From Nitrospirota bacterium (lineage in GTDB: Bacteria > Nitrospirota > UBA9217): DNA of 64,000 nt. The notes under the pieces were generated by a model. That model was not told the DNA's origin. It worked only from the letters and a program-made list of their open reading frames with translations, and did no database searches. Shown in pieces: positions 27,658 through 38,635 of this stretch. The stretch lies in the NCBI GenBank assembly GCA_963840455.1, contig CAWIYV010000010.1, positions 1-64,000 on the forward strand. The letters run 5' to 3'. The translations under genes were made by a program, and so were the position numbers. How positions within the stretch are numbered: the first letter of the stretch is position 1; the number at the start of each line of letters is the position of its first letter.

Positions 27658-29652
27658 TCAGACACGGATGGGAAGGACGACGAGAGGAATCCCCTGGCTG
27701 TAGAACCGGCGTTGGACCGCGAAGATCGTGTAGTTATGGAAGATGTTCGAGAAGATGTTCGCCTTCGGGAAGACGAGCTGGCCGCCGAAGAGGATGGCGT
27801 TCGGGAAGCGCTCCAGGACCTCGGGCATGATGTGCTCCACCTCGTCCGCCACGTCGGTCCCGAAGGAGGAATAGGCGGACGCGTAATACCCGTGGCAGCG
27901 CATGTAGTGGATGTAGCGGTCCAGATCCTTTTGGACCGACTCCTTCATGAGCGCCACCTCCTCGGCCCCCTTGAAATTCCCGGCATCCACAACGCCCACC
28001 TGGATGAACACGAAGTTCTTGAAGGTCCCTCCGAACAGCCGGATAACGCTGAACAGGGTATGCAGCCCCAGTCCGTTGAACCCGTTCACCAGCAGGACCG
28101 CGGTCTTGTCCTGGGGATCGTACTTGACGCTTCGCTCCTGTTCCACCCGTGTTTTTTCCGGGTTGATGGGGCATGTGGACTCCGCCACGGTGACCAGTTC
28201 CTCCAGCCGGTGCAGCATGTCGAAGGTGTTCTTGTAGTGCCGCCGCGTCAGCAGGGCCAGGGAGACCAGGCTTCCGGTCAGCATCACGGTGATCCATCCG
28301 CCCTCATGGAACTTGAGCGCTGTGACCGACAGAAGGATGAAGAACGTGAGCGTCATGCCCACGCCATTGATGAAGAGTTTTTTCTTCCAGTGGTCCTCTC
28401 CGCGCACCTGCCACCAGTGGCGCACCATGCCGAGCTGTGACAGGAAGAAGGTGATGAACACATTGATGCTGTACAGGACGACCAGGTATTTCACCGAACC
28501 GCCCGTCAGGACCATGGTCACGAGCGCCGCTCCGCCCATGAGCAGGATGCCCTTCTGCGCCACCAGCCGGTCGGAGAGCATGGCGAACTTGGTGGGAAAC
28601 CACCGGTCCAGCGCCATGTTCGACAGCACGCGCGGCCCGTCGAGGAACCCTGTTTGCGCCGCGACGAACAGAAGAACGGCCTCGGAGAGGAGCGTAATGA
28701 GGACGAAGATGGCACCGGTCCGGCCCCAATCATTGGTCATCCGGTCAAACAGCACCGCGTTCAGGGTCTTCCCCTCGACCGGCGAGACCTTGTACAGGAC
28801 ATAGGCGACCATCAGCCCCATCACGACCACGGCGAGGGAGATGGCCATGTAGCGCATGGTCCGCTTGCCCGTCTTCACTTTCGGTTCCCGCAGGATGGGC
28901 AGGCCGTTGCTCACCGCCTCGATCCCGGTGTAGGTGCCGGCCCCCATGCTGTACGCCCGCAGCAGAAGGAAGATCATGCCGCCCAGGCCGAGCTCCGACT
29001 GCGTCCTCGCGACATCCACCCTCGTTGCGCTGACGACCTCGCCGAAGTTCCCGGCGTTCATCACAATGGCATAGCCGATGATGAATACATGGGTGACGAC
29101 AAACGTAAGAAAGACCGGCACAAGGGGAAGGACGGACTCCTTGACCCCGCGCATGTTCATGACCGAGAGCATAAGGACCCCGCCGACGGCGAATACGAGC
29201 TTATAGGGAAGCCATGCCGGAGGGAGGAAGCTGAACAGGGCATCCGCCCCGCTGGCCACGGAGATCGTGATGGTGAGCACATAGTCGATCAGGAGCGCGG
29301 AACCGGAAACCATGCCCGCCGTCGGGGAGAGCAGCTTGCTCGCGACGAGATAGCCGCCGCCGCCCGTGGGAAAGAGCTCGATGATCTGGGAGTAGCTGGC
29401 GGCGATGATGAAGATCGTGGCCGCTGTCATGAGCGCGATGAAAACGCTCAGGTGGGTATGGCCCTGCAGGGCGATGAACGCCTCCTCGGGGCCGTAGCAG
29501 GAGGACGAAAGCCCGTCTGCGCCCAGGCCGATCCAGGCGAAGAACGCGATCAGCGAGAGCTTGTGGAAGATCGACTTGTCGTGGATGTCATGCTTCCCCC
29601 CGAGGACCGCCTTCTTCAGCCGCTTCCCCAGGGACCGCTGTACAGGTTCCAT
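27658..29652 (-). CDS. APC-superfamily permease, KimA/YdaO-like putative K+ transporter
   Basis: DGLSSSCYGPEE, GGGGY, LIDYVLT, TGIEAVSNG; many TMs plus cytoplasmic C-terminal domain; downstream of kdpE. Confidence 0.8.
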   Translation of the reverse strand: MEPVQRSLGKRLKKAVLGGKHDIHDKSIFHKLSLIAFFAWIGLGADGLSSSCYGPEEAFIALQGHTHLSVFIALMTAATIFIIAASYSQIIELFPTGGGGYLVASKLLSPTAGMVSGSALLIDYVLTITISVASGADALFSFLPPAWLPYKLVFAVGGVLMLSVMNMRGVKESVLPLVPVFLTFVVTHVFIIGYAIVMNAGNFGEVVSATRVDVARTQSELGLGGMIFLLLRAYSMGAGTYTGIEAVSNGLPILREPKVKTGKRTMRYMAISLAVVVMGLMVAYVLYKVSPVEGKTLNAVLFDRMTNDWGRTGAIFVLITLLSEAVLLFVAAQTGFLDGPRVLSNMALDRWFPTKFAMLSDRLVAQKGILLMGGAALVTMVLTGGSVKYLVVLYSINVFITFFLSQLGMVRHWWQVRGEDHWKKKLFINGVGMTLTFFILLSVTALKFHEGGWITVMLTGSLVSLALLTRRHYKNTFDMLHRLEELVTVAESTCPINPEKTRVEQERSVKYDPQDKTAVLLVNGFNGLGLHTLFSVIRLFGGTFKNFVFIQVGVVDAGNFKGAEEVALMKESVQKDLDRYIHYMRCHGYYASAYSSFGTDVADEVEHIMPEVLERFPNAILFGGQLVFPKANIFSNIFHNYTIFAVQRRFYSQGIPLVVLPIRV

Positions 29653-29664
29653 GTCCGATTCTCC

Positions 29665-30369
29665 TTATTCCTCGTCCGCATTGAGACGGTAGCCGACGCC
29701 CGGCTCGTTCAGCAGGAACCGCGGCCGCGCCGGGTCCGCCTCCAGTTTATGGCGCAGCTGCGTCATGTAGACCCGGAGGTACTGCACTTCGCTCACCTGG
29801 CCAGGGCCCCAGACCTCCAGCAGGAGCTGGCGGTGGGTCACGACCTTTCCGGCGTGCCGGATCAAGGTCGTAAGCAGCTTGTATTCGATGGGCGTCAGGT
29901 GGATCTCGTTGTCGCGAACGAAGACCCGGCGTGCTGCAAGGTCCACCAGCAGGCCTGCGTGGGCAAATACCGGTTCGTTCTGGCCGGACCGCAGCCGGAG
30001 GGCATGGCGCAGGGCCACGCGGACCCGGGCCATCAGTTCTCCGGCGCTGAAGGGCTTCGTCAGATAATCGTCCGCGCCGGCATCAAGGGCCTTGACCTTG
30101 TCCTGCTCCTGTTCCCGCGCCGATATGACGATGATCGGCGTCTGGGTCCACTCCCGGAGACGCTCGGTCACTTCGAGTCCGTCGAGGTCAGGCAGGCCAA
30201 GGTCGAGCAGGACCACGTCGGGATTGCGCATCGACGCCTGCATCAGCCCTTCCTGCGCCGTGCCGGCCTCAACGAACCGGTACCCGTGGCTCTCCAGCGT
30301 TATCCGGAGGAACCGGCGCATCTGCGGCTCGTCTTCGATCAGCAATATGAGTTCTTTTTCTTCGGCCAT
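29665..30369 (-). CDS. kdpE: Response regulator KdpE
   Basis: OmpR family; DLGLPD, ALDAGADDY, YLRVYM.QLRHKLE, EPGVGYR. Confidence 0.93.
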   Translation of the reverse strand: MAEEKELILLIEDEPQMRRFLRITLESHGYRFVEAGTAQEGLMQASMRNPDVVLLDLGLPDLDGLEVTERLREWTQTPIIVISAREQEQDKVKALDAGADDYLTKPFSAGELMARVRVALRHALRLRSGQNEPVFAHAGLLVDLAARRVFVRDNEIHLTPIEYKLLTTLIRHAGKVVTHRQLLLEVWGPGQVSEVQYLRVYMTQLRHKLEADPARPRFLLNEPGVGYRLNADEE

Positions 30370-30387
30370 AGGAACCGTCGAACCGGG

Positions 30388-33084
30388 CTAATCAGCCTGC
30401 CCCTCTTCCTTCTTCGGCGCAGGCGGCAGTCCGGCGGACGACAAGGTGAACCGGAAAACGGCCCCGCCGCCCTCGCGGTTCTCCGCCCATATTTTACCGC
30501 CGTGGGCGTTAATGATCGTACGACAAATGGCCAGGCCGAGACCAACGCCGCCCGTCGTGCTCCGGCCGCGGACGAACTTGTCGAAAATGTGCTCTTCCTC
30601 TCCCGGAGGAATGCCGGGGCCCCGGTCGGCAAGTGCAACGGTCACCGTATAAAAATCCTCAGATGCTGAGAGTTCCAGCGGCGTTCCCTTCGGAGCGTAC
30701 TTGATGGCATTGTCGAAGAGGTTCATCAATACCTGCTCGAGGAGCAGGCCGTCGAAGGGGATGAGCGGCAGGTTCCCGGGAAGCTTCACGGTCACCGGGT
30801 GGTCGTTCAGACGCTCGCCCAGGCGGTTGAGAACGACCCCCACGATCTCCTCCAGGGGCTGCCATTCCTTATTGACCGTGATGGCGCCCGACTCCAGCCG
30901 CGTCATGTCAAGCACGTTCTTGATGATCCGGTTGAGGTGGTCTGCTTCCTCCTGAATGGTCTGTACCAGCTCCAGCCTGCTGTCGGTGTCGATCAGGACA
31001 TCCCGCTGCAGCAGCGTCGACGCTGCCCCGGTGATGGCCGACAGCGGCGTCCGGAGGTCGTGGGAAATGGAGCTGAGCAGCGTGTTCCGCAGGCTTTCGG
31101 TCTCCGCCTTCAGGAGCGCCCGCTGGGCGGCAGCCCCGAGGAAGGAGCGCTCGATGGCGATGGCCGCCTGGTTCGCGAAAGCTTCCAGATAGTGGAATTG
31201 CTCCGGCTCGAATCCGTCGGGTGCGGATTTCGGAAGAATGCCGATGACGCCGATGACGCCGGCGGAAGCGATCAGCGGCAGATACAACGCCTTAGCGCCG
31301 GGCAGGGTGTCCGTACTGAGTCCCGCCGGCTGCCGGTGTTCGTAGACCCACTGCGCGACGCTCAACTCCTGCTGATCGGGCGAGTAGACCCCGGGGCCCC
31401 TGAACGAAGGCGCGAGGCGGTTCTGCTCGTCGGGAAGCAGGATGACCACCTGGCTGTCGAACATTTCGGCCATATGCTTCACGGCGATCTCAGAGAGCCG
31501 CTCCGCTCCCCGCTCGCGGACCAGGTCACGGCTCAGGAGGTACAGTCCCGCGGTCCTGCGCTCCCGAAGCCGCGCCGCATCCGCCTGCTGACGGACCCGA
31601 AGCGTCAATCTGCTGATGACGAATGATACAATGAACATAACTGAGAACGTCAGGAGATATCTGATGTCGCTGACCGCGAAGGTGTAATAGGGAGGGATGA
31701 AGAAGAAATCGTAGGCGGCAACGCTCAAGACCACCGTGAACACGGAGGGCCACGTGCTGGTCCTGCTCGCCGTAATGACGACGCCGAGCAGGTAGATCAT
31801 GGCAACATCCAGCCGTTCGAAATACGGAATCATTAACCGGGCGATCCCCGTGCACGACGCGACCATGAAGATGCTCCAGAGCCATTCTCGCCTCTTCCAG
31901 GTGCGAGGCCGGCTTCTCCGCTCGGGGTGCCGATGCGGCTCAGCTACATCCCCGCTGATGACGTACACATCGATGTCTCCGCTTGCACGCACGATCTCGT
32001 CGAGCGGTGATCCGAAGAACTTGTCCTTCCACCGCGCGTGGGTCGGTTTGCCGACGATAATCTTGCCCACATTCCGGCTCCGCGCATACGCGATGACCTC
32101 GTCGCTCATCCGCTGGCCCGTCAACGTCACCGTCTCGGCGCCCAGGCTCTCAGCCAGGCGCATGTGATCGGCCATCTGTTTGATATCGCTTTCCGAGGCC
32201 CGTACCCGGGACGGGGCCTCAACGTGGACCGCGATCCACTCCGCCCGGAGGCCTGCAGCGAGCCTCCTCGCCGCATGGATGAGGCGGATCGAACGGGGAT
32301 TATGGCCCACGCAGACGAGAATCCGCTCCCCCGCGGGCCAGATGTCCTTGATCCCCTTGTCCCTGCGGTAGGTCTGCATCTGCTCGTCGACCCGGTCCGC
32401 GGTCCTGCGCAGGGCAAGCTCCCGGAGCGCGATGAGGTTGCCTTTGCGGAAGAAGTTCTCGATGGCTGCCGCCGCCTGGTCGGGCATGTACACCTTCCCC
32501 TCCCTGAGGCGCTGGATCAGGTCGTCCGGCGGCAGGTCAACCAGTTCGATCTCATCGGCCCGATCGAGGAGAAAGTCGGGGACGGTCTCGCGGACATTGA
32601 TGCCGGTTATCTGGGAGACCACGTCGTTCAGGCTCTCCATGTGCTGCACGTTCATTGTGGTGTAAATAGAGATGCCGGCGCCAAGCAGCTCGTAGATGTC
32701 CTGCCATCGCTTCTTGTGGCGGGAACCCGGAGCATTCGTATGGGCAAGCTCGTCAACAAGCATGACTGCGGGCTTGCGAAGAAGGGCCGCATCGAGATCG
32801 AACTCCTTTAAGCGAGTCCCCCGATACTCCACAGCTCTGCGGGGCAGGACCTCCAGTCCTTCGAGCAGTGCTTCGGTTTCTTTCCGGCCGTGGGTCTCGA
32901 CAAGACCAACCACGATATCTACGCCCTCACGCTTCTTCTGGCGAGCTGCTTCGAGCATGGAAGAGGTCTTGCCCACGCCCGGTGCAGCGCCGAAGAAGAT
33001 CTTCAGCTGCCCTTCGCGTTTTCGCTCTTCCTCTTTGTGGGCCCGCTGGAGAAGCTCATCGGGATCAGGTCGTCGTTCTTCCAT
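30388..33084 (-). CDS. kdpD: Sensor kinase KdpD
   Basis: RPDPDELL, GAAPGVGKT, DELAHTN, Usp domain, 4 TMs, GAF, SHDLRTPL. Confidence 0.96.
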   Translation of the reverse strand: MEERRPDPDELLQRAHKEEERKREGQLKIFFGAAPGVGKTSSMLEAARQKKREGVDIVVGLVETHGRKETEALLEGLEVLPRRAVEYRGTRLKEFDLDAALLRKPAVMLVDELAHTNAPGSRHKKRWQDIYELLGAGISIYTTMNVQHMESLNDVVSQITGINVRETVPDFLLDRADEIELVDLPPDDLIQRLREGKVYMPDQAAAAIENFFRKGNLIALRELALRRTADRVDEQMQTYRRDKGIKDIWPAGERILVCVGHNPRSIRLIHAARRLAAGLRAEWIAVHVEAPSRVRASESDIKQMADHMRLAESLGAETVTLTGQRMSDEVIAYARSRNVGKIIVGKPTHARWKDKFFGSPLDEIVRASGDIDVYVISGDVAEPHRHPERRSRPRTWKRREWLWSIFMVASCTGIARLMIPYFERLDVAMIYLLGVVITASRTSTWPSVFTVVLSVAAYDFFFIPPYYTFAVSDIRYLLTFSVMFIVSFVISRLTLRVRQQADAARLRERRTAGLYLLSRDLVRERGAERLSEIAVKHMAEMFDSQVVILLPDEQNRLAPSFRGPGVYSPDQQELSVAQWVYEHRQPAGLSTDTLPGAKALYLPLIASAGVIGVIGILPKSAPDGFEPEQFHYLEAFANQAAIAIERSFLGAAAQRALLKAETESLRNTLLSSISHDLRTPLSAITGAASTLLQRDVLIDTDSRLELVQTIQEEADHLNRIIKNVLDMTRLESGAITVNKEWQPLEEIVGVVLNRLGERLNDHPVTVKLPGNLPLIPFDGLLLEQVLMNLFDNAIKYAPKGTPLELSASEDFYTVTVALADRGPGIPPGEEEHIFDKFVRGRSTTGGVGLGLAICRTIINAHGGKIWAENREGGGAVFRFTLSSAGLPPAPKKEEGQAD

Positions 33085-33225
33085 TGCGTTTGACTCCGAA
33101 ATAGTATCCCTCTGCTTTTGCTATCTTTTACTATATAGTATTTTCACGCATTTTTCATCAGCACGTACAAAAAATTGATGTTACTCTTGGCCGTATCAAA
33201 ATACTATTAAAAATAAGGGTGAAAG

Positions 33226-33247
33226 CATAAAGATTTCATAAAGATTG
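33226..33247 (-). promoter_or_regulatory. Candidate KdpE site upstream of kdpD
   Basis: CATAAAGATT direct repeat with 11-bp period; 14-mer AAGATTTCATAAAG shared with kdpF upstream region. Confidence 0.55.
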
Positions 33248-33271
33248 TTACTGCCCCATGGTCCTCCTGAC

Positions 33272-33301
33272 AAAAAAAACGGGGCCCTGTCACAGGGCCC
33301 C
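33272..33301 (-). terminator. Terminator of kdpFABC operon
   Basis: GGGGCCCTG-TGA-CAGGGCCCC followed by GT8 on minus. Confidence 0.75.
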
Positions 33302-33348
33302 ACCGAGAATGATGCACACTTACTTACCCGTCACTGCCGGGTATGGAC

Positions 33349-33741
33349 TTACTCTTTACATTTATCTTCGGAGGATATCACGAGGCTCGCGACATCGCCT
33401 TTTTTCGCGATGTCGCCGGCTCTCAGTTCGCCTTCAACAACCTCGCCTTTCAAATAATCCTCCCCTGCATAGGAAAGCACCCTGATCTTTCCCACTTCTT
33501 TGAATTCGTGGTTCTTGTTTTCACGGTAGACAGAAAGAACATCATTAACATTAATCGTTTTCTTCACGTCCGCGGTTCCGCTCTGGAACAGGCATACGGT
33601 CTCCCCCTTCACTTTGATCCCTTTAGTGATCTTCTCTTCGCGCTCTTCCGGAACGGGGGAAGGGGAGACGGCGTGTGCGAGCGGAGGCAATCCCAGGCAT
33701 GAGATCAACAAAACGGCAAGAAGCTTTCCAATCTTTTTCAT
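33349..33741 (-). CDS. Hypothetical secreted protein in kdp operon
   Basis: Signal peptide (AHA site), GGAG RBS, beta-rich; 22 bp after kdpC and before the terminator. Confidence 0.75.
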   Translation of the reverse strand: MKKIGKLLAVLLISCLGLPPLAHAVSPSPVPEEREEKITKGIKVKGETVCLFQSGTADVKKTINVNDVLSVYRENKNHEFKEVGKIRVLSYAGEDYLKGEVVEGELRAGDIAKKGDVASLVISSEDKCKE

Positions 33742-33763
33742 GTTTTATTCTCCACGGTTATCT

Positions 33764-34330
33764 CTACTCATCGAGCGCAAGGTTCAGTTTCAGAACATTT
33801 ACCACAGGCTCGCCGATCAAGCCGAGCCAGCGGCCCTGAGTGTTCCTGGCAACAATGTCAAGGACCTTTGCGTCCTCGAGGCCCCGGGCCTTTGCCACTC
33901 GGTGTATCTGATATTCAGCAGCGGCCGGACTGATATGCGGATCAAGCCCGCTGCCGGAAGCAGTGACGAGATCCACTGGAAACTTTGCACCATTACCCGG
34001 ATCGGCAGCACGCAAAGTATCTATGCGCGCCTGGACGGCCTTCACGAGATTGGGGTTGGTCGGCCCAAGGTTGGAGCCGGAAGACGACCCGCCGTTATAG
34101 GGATAGGGGGTCGTCGATGAAAGCCTTCCCCAGAAGTACTTCGGGTCATCGAACTGCTGGCCGAGGAGTTCAGAGCCCACGGCCTTTCCGTTCTTCATGA
34201 TGACGCTTCCGTTCGCCTGCTTGGGGAATATCACGTGGGCAAGCCCGGTCACCGCAAGGGGATAGATAATCCCGGTGAGTGTGGTGAACAGCAGCAAGGA
34301 CATGAGTGCATTTCGGATCATGGTGAACAT
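33764..34330 (-). CDS. kdpC: K+-transporting ATPase subunit C
   Basis: YPLAVTG, QANGS, GSELLGQ, SGSNLGP, TASGSGLDPHIS, VNVLKLNLALD. Confidence 0.96.
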   Translation of the reverse strand: MFTMIRNALMSLLLFTTLTGIIYPLAVTGLAHVIFPKQANGSVIMKNGKAVGSELLGQQFDDPKYFWGRLSSTTPYPYNGGSSSGSNLGPTNPNLVKAVQARIDTLRAADPGNGAKFPVDLVTASGSGLDPHISPAAAEYQIHRVAKARGLEDAKVLDIVARNTQGRWLGLIGEPVVNVLKLNLALDE

Positions 34331-34343
34331 GGCTTCCTCCGTC

Positions 34344-36419
34344 TCAGACGATATGCAATGCCGTTATCAGTATATCGATCAGCTTGATCCCGATGAAGGG
34401 AACAATCAGGCCGCCGACGCCGTAGATCAGGGCGTTGTTCCGCAGAACCACCGAGGCCCCGAGGGGGCGGTATTTCACGCCGCGAAGCGCCAGAGGGACC
34501 AGAAATATGATGATCAACGCATTGAAGATGACCGCTGACAGGACCGCACTCTCTGGCGTTGCCAGGCCCATGATATTGAGCGCGCCAAGCGCCGGATAGA
34601 TCGAAAGAAAGGCCGCGGGAAGGATCGCGAAATATTTTGCCACGTCGTTCGCGATGCTGAAGGTCGTGAGGGTCCCCCGCGTCATCAGGAGCTGCTTGCC
34701 GATCTCGACGATCTGGATTAGCTTCGTGGGATTTGAGTCGAGGTCAACGAGATTGCCTGCCTCCTTGGCCGCCTGCGTGCCGGTGTGCATGGCAACGGCC
34801 ACGTCCGCCTGGGCAAGCGCGGGCGCATCGTTCGTGCCGTCGCCGGTCATGGCCACAAGCCTTCCGCCTTTCTGGTGCTCCCGGATGAGCTTGAGCTTGG
34901 TTTCGGGCGTAGCCTCGGCCAGGAAATCGTCCACACCGGCCTCGGCAGCAACCGCGGCGGCAGTGAGCGGGTTGTCACCAGTGATCATGATCGTTTTAAT
35001 ACCCATCTTGCGCATCTCGGCGAAGCGCTCCCTGATCCCCCCCTTGACGACATCGTTCAACCGGATGACGCCCAGCACCTTGGTCTTGTCTGCGACAACG
35101 AGCGGCGTGGCTCCCTGCTTCGCGATATCATCAACGATCGAACGGACATCGGGAGGAAACGCCCCTCCCTGCTTTTTGACATATTTTTCCACGGCATCGG
35201 CTGCGCCCTTGCGGACCTCCCGGCCATCAAAATTCACGCCGCTCATGCGTGTCTGAGCAGTGAACGGCACGAAGGATGCGCCTATCGTATGAATGTCCCG
35301 CGCGCCAAGGCCGTATTTCTCCTTCGCGAGCACCACAATGCTTCTTCCTTCGGGAGTTTCATCCGCCAGGGACGCAAGCTGTGCAGCATCGGCGAGGGTG
35401 CCCACATGCACTCCCGGAGCAGGAATGAATTCCGTAGCCTGGCGGTTTCCGAGGGTGATGGTGCCGGTCTTGTCGAGCAGGAGCACGTCAACGTCGCCGG
35501 CTGCCTCCACAGCCCGGCCTGACAGGGCGATCACGTTCGCCTGGATCATCCGGTCCATGCCTGCAATGCCGATGGCGGATAGCAGACCTCCGATCGTCGT
35601 CGGAATCAGGCAGACAAGGAGCGCAACGAGAACCGTGATCGTAATCGGGCTGCCTTGACCCGCAGCCTTGACGCTGAAGAGGGAATAGGGAAGGAGCGTC
35701 GCGCATACGAGCAGAAAAATGATCGTCATTCCGGCTAGGAGAATGTCGAGGGCGATCTCGTTCGGTGTTTTCTGGCGCTTTGCACCCTCTACCATGCCGA
35801 TCATCCGGTCAAGGAAGGTCTCTCCGGGACTGGAGGTGATCCGCACCACGAGCCAGTCCGACAGGACCGTGGTCCCGCCGGTGACGGCGCTCCGGTCACC
35901 TCCGCTCTCCCGGATCACCGGCGCGCTTTCGCCGGTCACCGCGCTTTCATTCACTGATGCCACACCCTCGACGATCTCACCGTCCATGGGAATGACGTCG
36001 CCGGCCTCCACGATGACGATGTCGCCCTTCTTCAATTGAGAAGAGGAGACCTGGGTGACGTCCGCCTGCGGGTCCGACTTCGCAAGGCGCTTGGCCATGA
36101 CATCGCGCCGTGTTTTGCGAAGTGAATCCGCCTGTGCCTTGCCGCGGCCCTCTGCCATGGATTCAGCAAAATTGGCGAAGAGCACCGTTATCCAGAGCCA
36201 GAATGAGATCTGGAATATGAAGGAAGGCGAGGCCTCTCCCTTTCCCGTGAAGAGCGCGTGGCAGAAAAGGAGCGTTGTAAGGATGCTGCCTACCTCCACA
36301 ACGAACATGACGGGATTCTTTATCTGATAAGCGGGATTGAGCTTCCTGAGTGAATCCCCGAAGGCTTTCTTTACGATTGCCGGCTCAAAGAGTTCGCGTT
36401 TATTTGCTTTACTGGTCAT
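34344..36419 (-). CDS. kdpB: K+-transporting ATPase subunit B
   Basis: [45 protein letters not shown]. Confidence 0.97.
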   Translation of the reverse strand: MTSKANKRELFEPAIVKKAFGDSLRKLNPAYQIKNPVMFVVEVGSILTTLLFCHALFTGKGEASPSFIFQISFWLWITVLFANFAESMAEGRGKAQADSLRKTRRDVMAKRLAKSDPQADVTQVSSSQLKKGDIVIVEAGDVIPMDGEIVEGVASVNESAVTGESAPVIRESGGDRSAVTGGTTVLSDWLVVRITSSPGETFLDRMIGMVEGAKRQKTPNEIALDILLAGMTIIFLLVCATLLPYSLFSVKAAGQGSPITITVLVALLVCLIPTTIGGLLSAIGIAGMDRMIQANVIALSGRAVEAAGDVDVLLLDKTGTITLGNRQATEFIPAPGVHVGTLADAAQLASLADETPEGRSIVVLAKEKYGLGARDIHTIGASFVPFTAQTRMSGVNFDGREVRKGAADAVEKYVKKQGGAFPPDVRSIVDDIAKQGATPLVVADKTKVLGVIRLNDVVKGGIRERFAEMRKMGIKTIMITGDNPLTAAAVAAEAGVDDFLAEATPETKLKLIREHQKGGRLVAMTGDGTNDAPALAQADVAVAMHTGTQAAKEAGNLVDLDSNPTKLIQIVEIGKQLLMTRGTLTTFSIANDVAKYFAILPAAFLSIYPALGALNIMGLATPESAVLSAVIFNALIIIFLVPLALRGVKYRPLGASVVLRNNALIYGVGGLIVPFIGIKLIDILITALHIV

Positions 36420-36519
36420 GCTCTTTCTCCTGCTGATACATCATTATCGTATGACTTGTTCGGAAAAGGGCATGGCGCATGGTGTGTATTCTTCACTTTC
36501 CGCCCCTTGCTCTCTGTCT

Positions 36520-38326
36520 TTATTTGGCCGTTAGCTGTTCTGCGATCGGCCCGAGCGCCCAGGCCGGCATGAATGACAAAGCTCCGACGATGAGGACGAC
36601 CCCGATCAAAAGCATTACAAACAAGAGCGTGTGCGTTGGCAATGTCCCCAGGCTTGACGGCACCTGCTTCTTCTTTGCCAGGGAACCGGCGATTGCCAGA
36701 ACCGGGATGATCACCCAGAAGCGTCCGATGAACATGGCTATGCCGAGTACCGTGTTATAAAAGACTGTGTTGGCGGAGAGGCCCGCAAAGGCGCTGCCGT
36801 TGTTGTTCGCGGCGGACGAGAACGCGTAGAGGACCTCGGAGAATCCGTGCGGTCCGGGATTTGCGATTCCCGCTACTCCCGCCTGTCGTAGCAACGCCGA
36901 CTGCAGTGCCGATCTTGACAAGAGCATTGACGATCAAGCATCAGCGAGTGCGGCCATCTTCATCTCGAACATCTCGATCTTCTTTCCGAGATATTCCGGT
37001 GTGCGTCCGACCATGAGCCCGGCGATGAAGACCGTGATAATGGCCATGATCAGCATCCCGTAGAGGCCGGAGCCCACGCCGCCGAAGATGACCTCTCCGA
37101 GCTGTATCAGCACCAGTGGATACAGCCCACCAATGGGTGTGAAGGAGTCGTGCATTGCATTGACCGAGCCGTTCGAAGCGGCTGTGGTCGCCGTGGCCCA
37201 GATCGCGGAGCTTGCGATCCCGAAGCGCGCTTCCTTGCCCTCCATATTGCCGCCGGACTGCAGGTCGCTCGCTGCCTGATCAATGCCGATGCCGCTCAAT
37301 CGGCGGATTGCCTGCCTGTTCGCTCCCGGTGCACAGAACCGTTAGCGTGACGAGCACGATGATCATTGCAGACAGGAGCGCCCAGCCCTGGCGGAGTCTC
37401 CGATCATTCTGCCGAAGGTGATGCAGAGCGCCGCCGGTATCAGCAGGATCGACAGCACCTCTAGAAAAGTTGGAGAAGTGCTGTCGGATTCTCGAAAGGA
37501 TGAGCCGAATTGACATTAAAGAATCCGCCGCCGTTCGTGCCGAGCTGCTTGATCGCGATCTGAGAAGCAGCAGGGCCGAGCGGTATGACCTGTTCATTCA
37601 GTCTTCTTGTTTCGTCACGGGATTTCCCATTTCATCCTTGATCGGGTTGCCCTTGTCATCGAGCTTCGGACTATCGTAGGTGATGGTCTGAGTGAGCGAA
37701 ACGGTCTTGTATTCGTTGAAGGTCTGTACAACCCCCTGAGATACGAGCAGCAGTGAATAAACCAGCGAAAGCGGGAGCAGGATATAGAGCGTCGAACGGG
37801 TGAGATCGAACCAGAAGTTGCCGATGGTCTCTGCTGAGTGCCTTTTGAACCCGCGGATCAGGGCAACGAGCACGGCCATTCCCGCCGCCGGCGGATACGA
37901 AATTCTGCACGCCGATCCCGGTCATCTGGGTGAGGTAGCTCATCGTGGTCTCGCCGCCGTAGGACTGCCAGTTGGTGTTGGTGATGAAGCTTACGGCAGT
38001 GTTGAAGGCAAGATCAGGTGGGACGCCGGGGAATCTCTGTGGATTGAGTGGCAGCATCCCCTGCAGCGCTGTAAGGCATAGAGCAGGAACAGCCCTCCGG
38101 CGCTAAAGATTAGCACTGCTCCGGCATACTTTTTCCAGCTCATTTCTTCTTCGGGCTTGATGCCGCAGAACCGGTAAGAAAAGACGTTCAATAGGTCCGA
38201 GCATCCGGTCCAGAGCAGGAAGGCTGTCCTTCATAGACCCGCGCCATGTAGACACCCAGCGGTTTGCCAGGAAAAGCAGAATGCCGAAATATAACAATTA
38301 TCTGCACGAATATCGTTGCCGGTCAT
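36520..38326 (-). pseudogene. kdpA: K+-transporting ATPase subunit A, split by many indels (pseudogene or consensus errors)
   Basis: Fragments in different frames: [63 protein letters not shown]; ATG 38326 overlaps kdpF stop. Confidence 0.9.
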
Positions 38327-38415
38327 GACAATGCCTCGGGTTTGAGCAATGCGATCAAAAGATAGATCAGCAATCCGGCGGCGAGGATGCCGCTGATCCA
38401 GTAGAAGAGTTCCAT
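38323..38415 (-). CDS. kdpF: K+-transporting ATPase subunit F
   Basis: MELFYWISGILAAGLLIYLLIALLKPEALS; AGGAGG RBS; YL..ALL.PE motif. Confidence 0.85.
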   Translation of the reverse strand: MELFYWISGILAAGLLIYLLIALLKPEALS

Positions 38416-38428
38416 TCTCTTCCTCCTT

Positions 38429-38509
38429 CTAGACCCTCTCAACAAGCTTTACGAAGAACCAGCTGTGCCGAATAATGCGATACCGATTCCGAGATATGCG
38501 GCAATCCAT
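38429..38509 (-). CDS. Small peptide upstream of kdpF (probably hydrophobic, with compensating indels)
   Basis: GGAGG RBS plus ATG; as read MDCRISR...SWFFVKLVERV; shifted frame gives AAYLGIGIALFG. Confidence 0.45.
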   Translation of the reverse strand: MDCRISRNRYRIIRHSWFFVKLVERV

Positions 38510-38529
38510 GGAACACCTCCGGTCACGAT

Positions 38530-38602
38530 TGAAGATTCCCTGCAGCAAGCTGAAGGGAATCTTCGCTCTCAGGGTTTCATCTCCTGATCTCGCTCCTGAA
38601 TA
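38530..38602 (+). mobile_element. Degenerate MITE-like element, copy C
   Basis: tgaagattccctgcagcaagctgaagggaatcttcg...ctcgctcctgaata. Confidence 0.55.
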
Positions 38603-38635
38603 CCAAGTATACCCACAAGGTGCATTAATTTGCTG

